A stretch of 64,000 nt of DNA from an uncultured Actinomycetota bacterium (GTDB lineage Bacteria; Actinomycetota; UBA4738; HRBIN12): NCBI GenBank assembly GCA_963724415.1, contig CAVRUS010000012.1:66271-130270 (forward strand), in the 5' to 3' direction. The notes beneath the pieces were generated by a model. That model worked only from the letters and a program-made list of their open reading frames with translations, made no database searches and was not told the DNA's origin. Positions 29,132 to 38,497 of the stretch are shown here, in pieces. Numbering within the stretch: position 1 is the first letter of the stretch; the number at the start of each line of letters is the position of its first letter. Position numbers and translations under genes: made by a program.

Positions 29132-29470
29132 TCAGTCGGCCGGACGATCCCCGCGGTGGTCGGCTCGAAGAGGGACATCGTGCTCCTCGTCGACAGCGGG
29201 CTCCGCGAGCGGATGCCTCGTCTCCGATGGCTCCGCCCCCGGGTCGGGTGATTCCAGACCGGAGAACGACCCGACCAGTGCACCGTAGAGGAGACCGCCG
29301 ATCGTTCCGGCCACTGCGCAGGCGACGATCGCGCCGGCCCGATCGTCGAACGCCAGGATCCCCACGACGCCGCCGAGGGTCGCGCCCACGAGCACCCCCA
29401 CGACGAGGCCGGCGGACAGCCTCCTCTTCAAACGGGGCTCGAAGCCTTGCTCGGTGCGAGGGTCGGTCAT
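29132..29470 (-). CDS. Small membrane protein with glycine-zipper TM helices.
   Basis: GLVVGVLVGATLGGVVGILAF ... AVAGTIGGLLYGALVGSFSG. Confidence 0.45.
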   Translation of the reverse strand: MTDPRTEQGFEPRLKRRLSAGLVVGVLVGATLGGVVGILAFDDRAGAIVACAVAGTIGGLLYGALVGSFSGLESPDPGAEPSETRHPLAEPAVDEEHDVPLRADHRGDRPAD

Positions 29471-29522
29471 CGTGGAAAGGGCCGGGCCCGCCCGCACGGA
29501 GGAGCGGGCGGGCCCGGACGAC

Positions 29523-29693
29523 TCAGAAGAGGCTGACGCCTCCGGGGCCGACCAACAGCCCGACGATGACCAGCACGATGCCGGCCAGGACGCCGCCGCG
29601 AACGATGCTGATAACCCCCATGATCACCAGCACGACGGCCAGGATCCAGAGCAAGGTGGCTGCACCACCCGAAAGCGCGAGCAAGCCTGTCAT
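29523..29693 (-). CDS. Very small (56 aa) two-TM membrane protein.
   Basis: GGAAGGAG RBS then ATG at 29693. MTGLLALSGGAATLLWILAVVLVIMGVISIVRGGVLAGIVLVIVGLLVGPGGVSLF. Confidence 0.5.
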   Translation of the reverse strand: MTGLLALSGGAATLLWILAVVLVIMGVISIVRGGVLAGIVLVIVGLLVGPGGVSLF

Positions 29694-29710
29694 GTGTCGC
29701 TCCTTCCTTC

Positions 29711-29746
29711 GTGTTCCTTGGCGTGTTCCTTGGCGTGTTCCTTGGT
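29711..29746. repeat. 12-bp tandem direct repeat x3 (gtgttccttggc, gtgttccttggc, gtgttccttggt) beginning 18 nt upstream of the start codon of the 56-aa membrane-protein gene.
   Basis: Read directly. Confidence 0.9.
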
Positions 29747-29870
29747 GTCGTGGTGGAGTTCCATCACGTTCCAGATGGTTCCCGCGCCGACGACCGTGCA
29801 AACGCATCAGGAAACGCGAAGGAGGGGCGCGATGCGCGCGCCCCTCCTTCGCTCGGTACCGTTCGTTGGC

Positions 29871-30230
29871 TCAGAGCTTCGCGATCGGCTCCGTGCCACC
29901 GTCGGTCGCGGTGTGGCCGTTGCCGTTCTGCGGAGCGAGCGAACGGGCCCAGTCCTTGAGCTGCTCGTACCGGGCCCGGCCCGCCTTCGCCCCGAGCACG
30001 TAGGCGCCGCCGGCCAGCACGATCCACTTCAGGCGACCGGGTCGCCGCGTCCTCGAGAGCGCCGCGAGCGTCTCCTTCGAGCGCCCCTCCGCCTGGTCGA
30101 GATCGTGGCGGAGCTCGCCGACCGCCTCGCGGAGCTCGTCGTTCTCCTTGGACAACTTGTCGACGCGGCGGTCGAGCCACCGCTCCTTCACCATCGACTT
30201 CGCTTCGTGCATGGTTGCTGGTTGTCTCAT
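29871..30230 (-). CDS. Hypothetical coiled-coil protein with C-terminal membrane anchor (120 aa).
   Basis: GGAGGAGG RBS then ATG at 30230. MRQPATMHEAKSMVKERWLDRRVDKLSKENDELREAVGELRHDLDQAEG ... LKWIVLAGGAYVLGAKAG. Only the 3' end of the 656-aa track ORF is credible. Confidence 0.5.
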   Translation of the reverse strand: MRQPATMHEAKSMVKERWLDRRVDKLSKENDELREAVGELRHDLDQAEGRSKETLAALSRTRRPGRLKWIVLAGGAYVLGAKAGRARYEQLKDWARSLAPQNGNGHTATDGGTEPIAKL

Positions 30231-30292
30231 CTGCAGACCCTCCTCCGGGTAGCCGTCAGAGGTCCTGTACCCACTCCGAGCCGTGCCTACCC

Positions 30293-32464
30293 TCAGGTCG
30301 AGAGGCGCTTCGCCACGACCAGCGCGGCGTCGTCGCGGAGCTCGCCCCGCGGGTCGAGCAGCGTGCGCTCCACGGTCTTGACGATCCCTGCGGCATCCTC
30401 GCCGGAGGCAGCGACCAGAGCCGACCGGAGCATCGACTCGCCTTCGTCCGGGTGCTCGACGGAGAGCTCGGTGACGCCGTCGGTGAACAACGCGATCGTG
30501 TCGCCGCGTCGCAGTTCCGCGCGGGCTTCGTGGAGGGAGATGTCGGCGAAGAGGCCCAGCAAGGAGCCGGGTCTCCCGACGGTCTCCAGCGATCCCTCGC
30601 CCCGGACCAGCAACGGCGGTGGGTGGCCGCCGAGACACGTCGTCACGGTCGTCCCGTCGTCCGTCATCGTGAGGCGGACGACGCAGACCGTGCAGAAGCG
30701 GTCTCCCATCAGCTCGCTCTCGAGGAGGAAGCCGTTGAGGAGGTCCAACACCTCGGGCAGGGGCCGCGTGTCGTCCTCCCGAGCGAGGCTCCGGAGCGCG
30801 ATCCGCGTCATGCCCATGATCGCGGCTGCTTCCGGTCCCTTCCCACAGACGTCGCCGATCGCCAGGTACCACACGTTGCCCTCGCCGAAGACGTCGTAGA
30901 AGTCGCCGCCCACCTCGTCGCCGAACCGCGACGGCCGGTACATCGTGGCCACCTCGAAGCCGGGGACGTGTGGGAGGGACATCGGCAGCAGGGCGCGCTC
31001 CAGGGCGGTCGCCATCCGATCGCGCTGATCGAACAGCTGCGTTCGGTCGATCGTGGTGGCCAGGGAGTCCGCGATGCTCTGGAGGAAGTCCGCGTCGTCC
31101 TCGTGGAAGGCATCGGCCGTCCGGGACGAGGCGTGAAGGACGCCCACGACGCGGCCGCCGACCCGGACCGGGACCCCGACGTAGGAACGGCGTCCGCGGA
31201 GCGCCGGGCTGATCACGTCGTCGCTCGTCATCTCGCTGATGACGAGCGGCCTGCCCGTCGCCGCGATCCGGCCGGAGGCCCCGGACCCGAGCGGGATCGC
31301 CACCGCCGTGCTCTCCTGCTCCTCGACCCCGACGCTGCCCTTGAGCCGAAGCTCCCGCCCGTCGTCCGACAGCAGGAGGAACGAGGTGCCGTCGCCCAAG
31401 ACCGCGTCGCGGACGACGGGCAGGACGCGCTCGACGAGCTCGTCGAGGCCAGTGGCGGCGTTGGCGGCGTCGCTGACGGCCTGGAGCTTCCGGAGGCGGT
31501 CCTCCGCGTGTTCGGCCGTGGCCCGCGCGCGACGCTCGTCCTCCGTCGACCGGATGCGGTTGAGGGCGATCGCCGCCTGATGCGCGATGGACAGGAGGAG
31601 GCCGCGCTCCTCGGGCGGCACCATGTGATCGCGGTGGAACCCGAGGCTCAGCGCTCCGAGGACCTCCGCCCCGAGCGCCACCGGGACGCCGGCGAACCCG
31701 CCGAATCGGGCATCCCCTTCGATCTTCCGGACGATCGGGAACCGCGCGAGCAGCTCGCCCCGGGACTCGATGAAGATCGACCGGCCGGTTCGCACGATCT
31801 CCGGGCCCGGAGCCGGGGTATCGATCGCGTGTCGTCTCCATCCGTCCTCGGCAGGCTCATCCAGGGCGGAGCCGACCAGCACCTGGAGCGTCGCGGGGTC
31901 GTCCCCGCTGCGGACCGTCAGCCCGCCGGCGTCCGCACCGAGCGCCTCGATCGCTGCGGCGACCGTCGCCTTCGCGACGTCTTCCGGGGTCATCGCGCGC
32001 GCGAGGACCTCGGTGACGGCCTGCAGCCGGTGGAGGCGGTTGCCGGCGAGGCGCTCGCGTCCCACCGCAGCCGCGCGGCCCTCGTTCGCCTGGCGGAGCC
32101 TCCCCGAGATCACGCCGGCGCCGACGGAGGCGGCGAGCCAGAGGAACATGGACAACTGGGACCCTCGCTCGAAGTCGGTCACCAGCGGCACGAACACGAG
32201 ACCGCCGACCAGGCTCACCAACGCGCCCGCGAGCGGGCCGCAGACGATCGCCGCCGCGACGGAGATGAGCGCGCCGAGACCGCCCGGGACCCCTTCGAAG
32301 CTCCCGGGGCGTACCTCCGCGAAGAGCAGGAGCACCGCGACCTGCGCCAGGACGAAGCCGGGGATCCATCGTGGCTTCCAGATCCAGCGGGCGAGCGGTC
32401 CCGGCCTGCGGGCCCGTCGGGCCGTCCGCTCGACCGATCGCTCGCTCTGGCCCACGGACGTCAC
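30293..32464 (-). CDS. Membrane-bound GAF-domain PP2C-family (SpoIIE/RsbU-like) serine phosphatase.
   Basis: N-terminal 4 TM, GAF region(s), C-terminal PP2C motifs (DFYDVF...WYLAIGDVCGKGPEAAAIMG...ALFTDGVTE). GTG at 32464 overlaps the stop of the upstream RsbW-like kinase gene (GTGA). Confidence 0.85.
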   Translation of the reverse strand: MTSVGQSERSVERTARRARRPGPLARWIWKPRWIPGFVLAQVAVLLLFAEVRPGSFEGVPGGLGALISVAAAIVCGPLAGALVSLVGGLVFVPLVTDFERGSQLSMFLWLAASVGAGVISGRLRQANEGRAAAVGRERLAGNRLHRLQAVTEVLARAMTPEDVAKATVAAAIEALGADAGGLTVRSGDDPATLQVLVGSALDEPAEDGWRRHAIDTPAPGPEIVRTGRSIFIESRGELLARFPIVRKIEGDARFGGFAGVPVALGAEVLGALSLGFHRDHMVPPEERGLLLSIAHQAAIALNRIRSTEDERRARATAEHAEDRLRKLQAVSDAANAATGLDELVERVLPVVRDAVLGDGTSFLLLSDDGRELRLKGSVGVEEQESTAVAIPLGSGASGRIAATGRPLVISEMTSDDVISPALRGRRSYVGVPVRVGGRVVGVLHASSRTADAFHEDDADFLQSIADSLATTIDRTQLFDQRDRMATALERALLPMSLPHVPGFEVATMYRPSRFGDEVGGDFYDVFGEGNVWYLAIGDVCGKGPEAAAIMGMTRIALRSLAREDDTRPLPEVLDLLNGFLLESELMGDRFCTVCVVRLTMTDDGTTVTTCLGGHPPPLLVRGEGSLETVGRPGSLLGLFADISLHEARAELRRGDTIALFTDGVTELSVEHPDEGESMLRSALVAASGEDAAGIVKTVERTLLDPRGELRDDAALVVAKRLST

Positions 32465-32868
32465 GCTCCTACGTCGATCTCGAACCAGACCTCGCTGCGG
32501 TCCTTCGTGATCACGCCCCACCGATCCGCGAGCCGATCGACGAGGTAGAGACCCCACCCTGAGCTCTCGGATGCGGTGGGCAGCCTCGGTTCGGCGACGA
32601 ACCCGGAGCCGGGGTCCGACACCACCACCCGGACCCGTGCGGGATCCACTTTGAGCCGGAGCTCGATCTCCGGAAGCCCTTGGCGCGGCGCGTGGCGGAC
32701 CGCGTTCGTGACGAGCTCGCTCACCAGCAGGGTGGCGTCCTCGAGGATCTTGGGGGAGACGGCGGGGCCGAGCTCCGCGTTCACGACGGCACGTGCTTGC
32801 GAGGCGGCCTCAGGTGCCAGCTCGAAGGTAGCCCGATGCTCCATGGCCGTCATGGTGGCTCGGCGCAT
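32461..32868 (-). CDS. RsbW/SpoIIAB-type anti-sigma factor serine kinase (HATPase_c_2) with an intact N-box.
   Basis: LLVSELVTNAVRHA (E-x3-N-x3-H), GSGF, GWGLYLVDRLADRWGV. Start codon uncertain (32853-32892). Confidence 0.75.
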   Translation of the reverse strand: MRRATMTAMEHRATFELAPEAASQARAVVNAELGPAVSPKILEDATLLVSELVTNAVRHAPRQGLPEIELRLKVDPARVRVVVSDPGSGFVAEPRLPTASESSGWGLYLVDRLADRWGVITKDRSEVWFEIDVGA

Positions 32869-32946
32869 CGGTTCCGGCAACCCATGAGGCAACGAGAACC
32901 TGATCCCGGAGGGACGATCCGGGCGGCTCGGGGGTCGGACCGAGCG

Positions 32947-33150
32947 CTACTTGCGGTGGTTCCGGAGCGGCGTGACCCGCTCCATCGGACGATGCGACCA
33001 ACAACGGTCGCCGTCGTTGTAGACGGACAGGACCGTCCAACAGCCTGCGACCTCGCAGACCCGGCCTTGATCGAATCGAGGAACCGGGGGACCGTCCTGC
33101 GGGGTTTCCGTTCGGACCGGCGTCGTGTCGAGTTCGACGGACAGTTGCAT
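32947..33150 (-). CDS. Hypothetical 67-aa Cys/His-containing protein (possible zinc ribbon).
   Basis: GGAGGAGGAAGG RBS 4 nt before ATG at 33150. RVCEVAGCWTVLSVYNDGDRCWSH (C-x4-C-x13-C-x2-H). Confidence 0.4.
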   Translation of the reverse strand: MQLSVELDTTPVRTETPQDGPPVPRFDQGRVCEVAGCWTVLSVYNDGDRCWSHRPMERVTPLRNHRK

Positions 33151-33336
33151 CGGCCTTCCTCCTCCGTTGGCTCCTCGTGCGTCTGCGCGCCCAGATACCC
33201 GAGAACCTCCCCGGCCAAACGCTTCTCGCCCGAGACCCTGACGGACCGTTCAGGTGTGCTCGCGGGGCGAGCCGGGTAGGAAAGGACAGAGATCCGAGAG
33301 AGAACCGGCGACGACCAAGGAACAGGAGGACGTGCC

Positions 33337-33666
33337 ATGCCGCAGCAAGCGTGGAGCGAGAAGCGCGAGCGTCAGTACGAACACATCAAGGAAGGTCTGC
33401 GGGAGCAGGGGCGGTCGATGGAGACAGCCGAGGAGATCGCAGCGAGGACCGTCAACAAGGAGCGAGCGCGGGCCGGCGAGGCGCGCACGGCCAGTCGCGC
33501 TTCCGTGGACGACCTGTCGTCGGGTCGACGCGGGGGGTTGCGATCCCACTCCGGGCCAGGCGGCCGGACCTATCGACAGCTCTACGAAGAGGCGAAGGAT
33601 CGGGGGATCGACGGACGCTCGAAGATGTCGAAGGCGCAACTCGAGCGCGTGCTCTCGCGTCGCTGA
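33337..33666 (+). CDS. Conserved small hydrophilic protein with a C-terminal Rho-N/SAP-like helix motif.
   Basis: AGGAGG RBS. N-terminus ERQYEHIKEGLREQGRSMETAEEIAARTVNKERA resembles the 22306..22554 protein. C-terminus RTYRQLYEEAKDRGIDGRSKMSKAQLERVL. Confidence 0.55.
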   Translation: MPQQAWSEKRERQYEHIKEGLREQGRSMETAEEIAARTVNKERARAGEARTASRASVDDLSSGRRGGLRSHSGPGGRTYRQLYEEAKDRGIDGRSKMSKAQLERVLSRR

Positions 33667-33712
33667 CCCCTGTGAACACAGCAGCACGAGGATCGAGAGG
33701 AGAGGTGCACCG

Positions 33713-33910
33713 ATGATCGTCGCGATCGAGCAGATCCGAGATGTCCGCCGCGAGCCGGAGCCCGAGCCCCAGCCGCCACAGCCCCCGGAGCCGGGTCCCC
33801 CGGTCCCGCCGCAGCCGGGTCCGCCCGTGCCGGCACCGCAGCCCGACCCCCAGCCCTCGCCCGTGCCGCAGCCCCAACCCGATCCATCCCCCCCTCCGCC
33901 GACCGGCTGA
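33713..33910 (+). CDS. Possible 65-aa proline-rich micro-protein.
   Basis: GAGAGGAGAGG RBS 6 nt before ATG. MIVAIEQIRDVRREPEPEPQPPQPPEPGPPVPPQPGPPVPAPQPDPQPSPVPQPQPDPSPPPPTG*. Could be GC-driven noise. Confidence 0.3.
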   Translation: MIVAIEQIRDVRREPEPEPQPPQPPEPGPPVPPQPGPPVPAPQPDPQPSPVPQPQPDPSPPPPTG

Positions 33911-33973
33911 GTTCGCGGACGGGGAGCGAACCCGGGGTTTGCCGGTCGAGCGGTCCTGGGTACGGGAAAAGGT

Positions 33974-34378
33974 GTGCTCCTCGACATCGATCTTCGCCTG
34001 CCGCCTGACGCTCGATCGCCGGGGAAGGCTCGACGCACCCTCGAGAGGCTGCGGTCCTCCCTCGACGACCCGTTCGTGAACGACGCCGCGCTGCTCGTGA
34101 GCGAGGTCGTCTCCAACAGCGTCCGCCACGCGGGCCTCGAGGCATCCGAGGCGATCCAGGTCCGCGTCCGTGGGACGAGGTCGATGCTCCATGTGGACGT
34201 GATCGATCAGGGGCCCGGGTTCGAACCCGACGTTGGACCGAACGAGGGGAACGGCGGCTGGGGATTGCGCCTCGTGGATCGACTCGCGACGCGGTGGGGC
34301 GTCGAGTGCGGTGACACCACCAGGGTGTGGTTCGATCTCGCCCCCGCCGTTTCCGCCTCCCCCGGCTCGGGTACCTGA
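33974..34378 (+). CDS. Second RsbW-type anti-sigma factor serine kinase (HATPase_c_2).
   Basis: LLVSEVVSNSVRHAG (intact N-box), DQGPGF, GWGLRLVDRLATRWGV. Confidence 0.75.
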   Translation: MLLDIDLRLPPDARSPGKARRTLERLRSSLDDPFVNDAALLVSEVVSNSVRHAGLEASEAIQVRVRGTRSMLHVDVIDQGPGFEPDVGPNEGNGGWGLRLVDRLATRWGVECGDTTRVWFDLAPAVSASPGSGT

Positions 34379-34411
34379 GGACCGAGGACGACAACAGGAG
34401 GTGGGAATCAG

Positions 34412-34603
34412 ATGGGCGAGAAGATGGACAAGGCCAAGGGGCACGTGAAGGAATCGGTCGGCGACCTGACCGACAACGAGCGACTCGAACGCGAGGGCAA
34501 GCTCGATCAGGTGAGCGGCGACGTGAAGGGTGCCGCGGAAGACGCCAAGGACAAGGTCGGTGAGGGCGTCGACGAGGTGCGCGACCGGCTCCGCGACGAG
34601 TAG
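34412..34603 (+). CDS. CsbD-family general stress protein.
   Basis: GGAGGTGG RBS. MGEKMDKAKGHVKESVGDLTDNERLEREGKLDQVSGDVKGAAEDAKDKVGEG. Confidence 0.8.
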   Translation: MGEKMDKAKGHVKESVGDLTDNERLEREGKLDQVSGDVKGAAEDAKDKVGEGVDEVRDRLRDE

Positions 34604-34630
34604 AAGGATCGACGTCCTTCGGGGCGAGAG

Positions 34631-34667
34631 ACGCCCCCGGTGCATGCACCGGGGGCGTTTCGATTTG
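34631..34667 (+). terminator. Intrinsic terminator after csbD-like gene: 14-bp perfect stem (acgcccccggtgca / tgcaccgggggcgt) followed by a TTCGATTT U-rich tract.
   Basis: Read directly. Confidence 0.7.
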
Positions 34668-34723
34668 CGTAGGAGATGCGGTGGCGGCAGAGTGAGCCTC
34701 CACGCGGGGTGAGAGGGGGAGAC

Positions 34724-35350
34724 ATGATGTCGGACGACGACACGATCGACGGCGAGGAGCACCCGTTCGACTACACGGGAGTGCACGCCTTCTTGTTCAT
34801 CGACCAAGTACAGGAGGGCAGGAGTCCCGAACAGGTCGTCGAGAAGCTGCGGGAGGCGGGGAAGCCTCCGATCATGTACGCGTCGACCTTCGTGGGGGAC
34901 TTCGTGGCGTTCGCGCACGTCCGCGTCGAGTCGTTGAGCGAGCTGCAGAACCTGATCGACGGCACGATCTGGGAGGCGGGCGCCCGATGCACGTGGGGGC
35001 TCGAATCACCCGTGTCGACGCTCGGCGCCAAGCGGAAGTCGCCCGGGATCATCGCCCTGACGAGGATCAAGATCCAGCCTGGGCACGCGGATGATGCCAG
35101 GAACAGCCTCGCGGAGGCCGGCGATATGGAGGGCACCGGATTCGTGGGCGCATCGGTCATCACGGGCGAATACGACATCCTGCTCCAGATGACCGGCGGC
35201 TCTCTGGAAGACGCCAAGACCAACATCATGAACGCGTTGGGGCCGATCCAGGATGTCGTGATGCGTACGTCGACCGCGTTCGCCGACGGCAACAGGACGG
35301 CCGCGCGCTACGGTCGGATCCCGTTGAACGCTACGTCTCCTGAGGGCTGA
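34724..35350 (+). CDS. Tandem ACT/RAM (Lrp/AsnC ligand-binding-like) domain protein lacking an HTH.
   Basis: Two beta-alpha-beta-beta-alpha-beta-like units (HAFLFIDQV...FVGDFVAFAHVRV and IIALTRIKIQPG...GEYDILLQMTG). Confidence 0.4.
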   Translation: MMSDDDTIDGEEHPFDYTGVHAFLFIDQVQEGRSPEQVVEKLREAGKPPIMYASTFVGDFVAFAHVRVESLSELQNLIDGTIWEAGARCTWGLESPVSTLGAKRKSPGIIALTRIKIQPGHADDARNSLAEAGDMEGTGFVGASVITGEYDILLQMTGGSLEDAKTNIMNALGPIQDVVMRTSTAFADGNRTAARYGRIPLNATSPEG

Positions 35351-38300
35351 TCCCTTCGAGGCGCTCGCGGGTCTTCGCCGCGTCCGCGTGCGCGCGCTTG
35401 GCTTCGTACCGTTCGAGCGCGGTTCCGAGCGCCTTGACGGCGTCGTCGGTGCGACCGGCTCCGTGCAGAGCTTCCGCGAGCGCGCGCGCCGCTTCGGCCT
35501 GAAGGAGCACGAAGTCGGTCGAGTCGGCGATCGTCGCCGCCTCCTCCGCCAGCGACACGGCGCTCGACGGATCTCCCGCAGCGGTCCGGGCACGCGCGCG
35601 CACGGATCTCCACGCGACCTGCACCTCGAGGTCGTCCTCCGCCGCCTCGAGCGCGACCTCCCTCGCGAGGACGTCGGCCTCCTCGAATCGACCCATGTCG
35701 CAGAGCACGTCCGCGAGTGTCGCAGCGACCTGGAGGGCGTTGTTCGCGTCGCCCTGGCCGCGGAAGAACGTGTGGACCGATCGGAGCAGCCCCTCCGCCT
35801 GCTCGGGGCGGCCTTCGCGCCTCGCGATCTCCGCGCGGGCGGCTTTCGACGATCTCGAGCCAGCGTCGTTGTCCGAGATCCTCGAAGGTGTACCGCGCGC
35901 GGTCCGTCGCCGCCTTGGCGTCGCCCTGTCGCCCGACCGCGGCGAGCATCATGGCCTCGTCCAGCAGGAGCAGCGTTCTGGCCAGGAGGTCATCGTCGAG
36001 CTGTGCGCGCGTCTCGTCGAGGCGCTCCAGCGCTTCATCGAGGGGAACACGGCCCTTGTGGAGCGCGTAGGCGATCAGCGGTGCCGCCTCCGCCGCCGAC
36101 GCGTCTGCTTCCGCTCGCGCGCGCGTGCGCGAGCGCGAGCTGTGCTGCCTCGAGCATCGCCTCGGCATCGCCTTTGAACCAATGGATCGTCGCGAGGTCC
36201 GCGAGCGCGGCCGCGAGACTCGCTTCATCGCCGGCTTCCTCGAACCGGTGGACCGACCTCTCGACATCCCCTCGAAGGACGTCGGCCGGTGTTGCTCCCG
36301 GGTCCAAGAGGAAGCGGAGCATCGTCTGCTGCAGGCGCGCGCGCTCCGCCACGACGCTGTGGTCCCCGGGAGCGAGTCCGGCCAGTAGCTCGGAGACCGG
36401 TGCCTCCGATCGTTCGATCTCACCCGCGAACAGGAGCGCGTCGTGGAGGTCGGCCAGGACCTCCGGCCGATCGGGATGCGCCCGGGGGAGCAGCGCGGCC
36501 GCCCGCTCGAAGAGTCCGGCCGCGGCGCGTACGTCGCCGCGCCCTGCCGCAGCGCGGCCTGCCGCGGCGAGGTGCGCGCCCGCGCGCTCGGCCAGGGGCT
36601 GCGTCCCCGCATCCGTCTCCCCGAGATCGCGGACGGCGTGGTGCGCCTGCTCGAGGTGGTAGCCCATCTGTTCGTCCCTCGCTTCGCCTTCGGGCTCATC
36701 GGCGAGCAGCTCGGCGGCGGCCGTATGGAGCCGAACGCGGAGGGACTTCGGGATCGCGTCGTACGCGGCCTCGCGTGTCAGGGCATGCCGGAACCGATAC
36801 CCGTCGCCCGTCGCTTCGGGATCCGCGACGATGAAGTCCCGCTGCGCGAGCTCACCGAGGGTGGCGCCGACGTCGATCGCGTCGGCCTCCGAGAGGATCG
36901 CCTCCAGGTGGGCGCGATCGAAGGCGAGACCGAGGACGGCAGCCCGCTCGAGCACCTGCCGGGCCGACGGGTCGAGGCGATCGATCCGCGCGGCCAACAG
37001 CGCGGAGATCGTGGGAGGGATGGCGATCTGCGACAGGTCGTCCGGGGTGGCGTCGGAGGTGATCGCGCCTTCCTCCTCGAGCATCATCACGATCTCCTCG
37101 AGGAAGAACGGGTTGCCGTCGGCGACGTCGGCGATCGTGTCCTCCACGGCCGGGGCGGGGGACGTCAGCAGATGGCGAGCGAGCTCGCGGCTGGGCGCCG
37201 CTGCGAGCGGCTCCAGCTGCACCGTCACGGCCCCGGGGGTCCGTCCCCAGGTCGGGAGAAGGTTGAGGAGCTCGGGGCGCGCCAGGCAGAGGAGCAGGAT
37301 CGGCGCCCCTCGCGCCCATTCCGCCAGATGCTCGAGGACGTCGAGGAGCGCCGGCGCCGCCCACTGCACGTCGTCGAACGCGAGTACCAGCGGACTCCTG
37401 TGGGCGAGCGTCTCGAGGCACGTCCGGATCGACCACGCGGTCTCCTCCTGTGTGGTCGTGCCGGACGCCAGGCCGAGCGCCCGCGCGACGCCGTCGGCGG
37501 CCAGGGACCCCTGGGGGTGTTCGCCGAGGAGTTCCCGGATCCGCTCGACGGTCCGTGCCGGGTCGTCCTCCGGAGTCGACCCGGCCGCCTGTCCCACGAC
37601 GTCCATCAGCGGCTGGAGCGCGCTGCCTTCGCCGTATGCGGGACAGCGCGTGCGGAGCACGACCGCGTGCGGATGCTCCCGGAGGAACTCGGCGATCAGC
37701 CGCGACTTCCCCAAGCCGGCGCTGCCGATCAGCGTGAGCGTCCGGCACCGTTCGGAGGTGAGGTGACTCTCGTACGTCTCGTGCAGCAGCCGGAGCTCCG
37801 CCGTCCGATTCACGAACGGGGGCTCGGGCCGGGGCAGTCCCTGTCCGGTGTCCAAGACGCGAACGAGTCGGAAGGCGCTCACGGAGCCCTCGAAGCCCCG
37901 GAGATCCTCGAGCGTCACCTCCTCCGCCTCGATCGCGTTGCGAGCGATCCGCCTCGTGATGCCGTCGATGAGGATCTCGCCCGTCCCGGCGCGCTGCTCC
38001 AAGCGGGCGGCGAGATTGACCGACGTCCCCATCACGAACGGCTCGCCCGTGGTGCGGTCGCTCGCGACGACGTTGCCCGTCGCGACCCCGGTGCGGATCG
38101 CGAGCTCCACGTCCCATCGGCGTCGGAGCTCGTCGTTCGCTTGGTCGATCAGCTGACGCATGTCCCAGGCGGCGAGGACCGCCCGCAGCGCGTCGTCCTC
38201 GTTCGCGCGCGGGAAACCGAAGACGGCCATCACGGCGTCCCCGATGAACTTCTCGATGCGACCGCCGTGCCGCGCGACCGCGGTCCGCGCCGCATCGAAG

Positions 38301-38497
38301 TAGTCGCCCATCACCAGGTGCAGGGTCTCGGGGTCCAGCCGGTGCGCCAGATCCGTCGACCCGGCGAGGTCGGTGAACAGGACCGAGACCTGCCGGCGTG
38401 ACTCGGTCGGTTCGGCGACGTCGATCGGCTGGCCGCACGCCAGGCAGAACCGAGCGTGGTCGGGGTTGTCGGCGGAGCACGAAGGACAGACCGGCAC
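35331..38497 (-). CDS. Class III adenylate/guanylate cyclase with N-terminal double zinc ribbon, central AAA/NB-ARC-type ATPase and C-terminal TPR region (mycobacterial Rv0386/Rv1358-like without LuxR). Frame switches about twice in the TPR part.
   Basis: MPVCPSCSADNPDHARFCLACGQP. Cyclase core VSVLFTDLAGST...FIGDAVMAVFG. P-loop GSAGLGKSRL. TPR-like text continues in ORFs 35308..36699 and 35331..35708 in two other frames. Confidence 0.8.

Noticed and set aside
29871-31841. 656-aa minus-strand ORF.
   Set aside because: Only its last 120 codons (29871-30230, with GGAGGAGG RBS) look real. The upstream part is an Arg/Gly-rich alternative frame of the PP2C phosphatase gene.
30215-32548. 777-aa plus-strand ORF.
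   Set aside because: Antisense to the GAF-PP2C gene and compositionally biased.
32850-33338. 162-aa Arg-rich minus-strand ORF in the leader upstream of the RsbW-PP2C operon.
   Set aside because: Low-complexity. The overlapping 67-aa ORF in another frame has a far better RBS and a plausible Cys/His motif.
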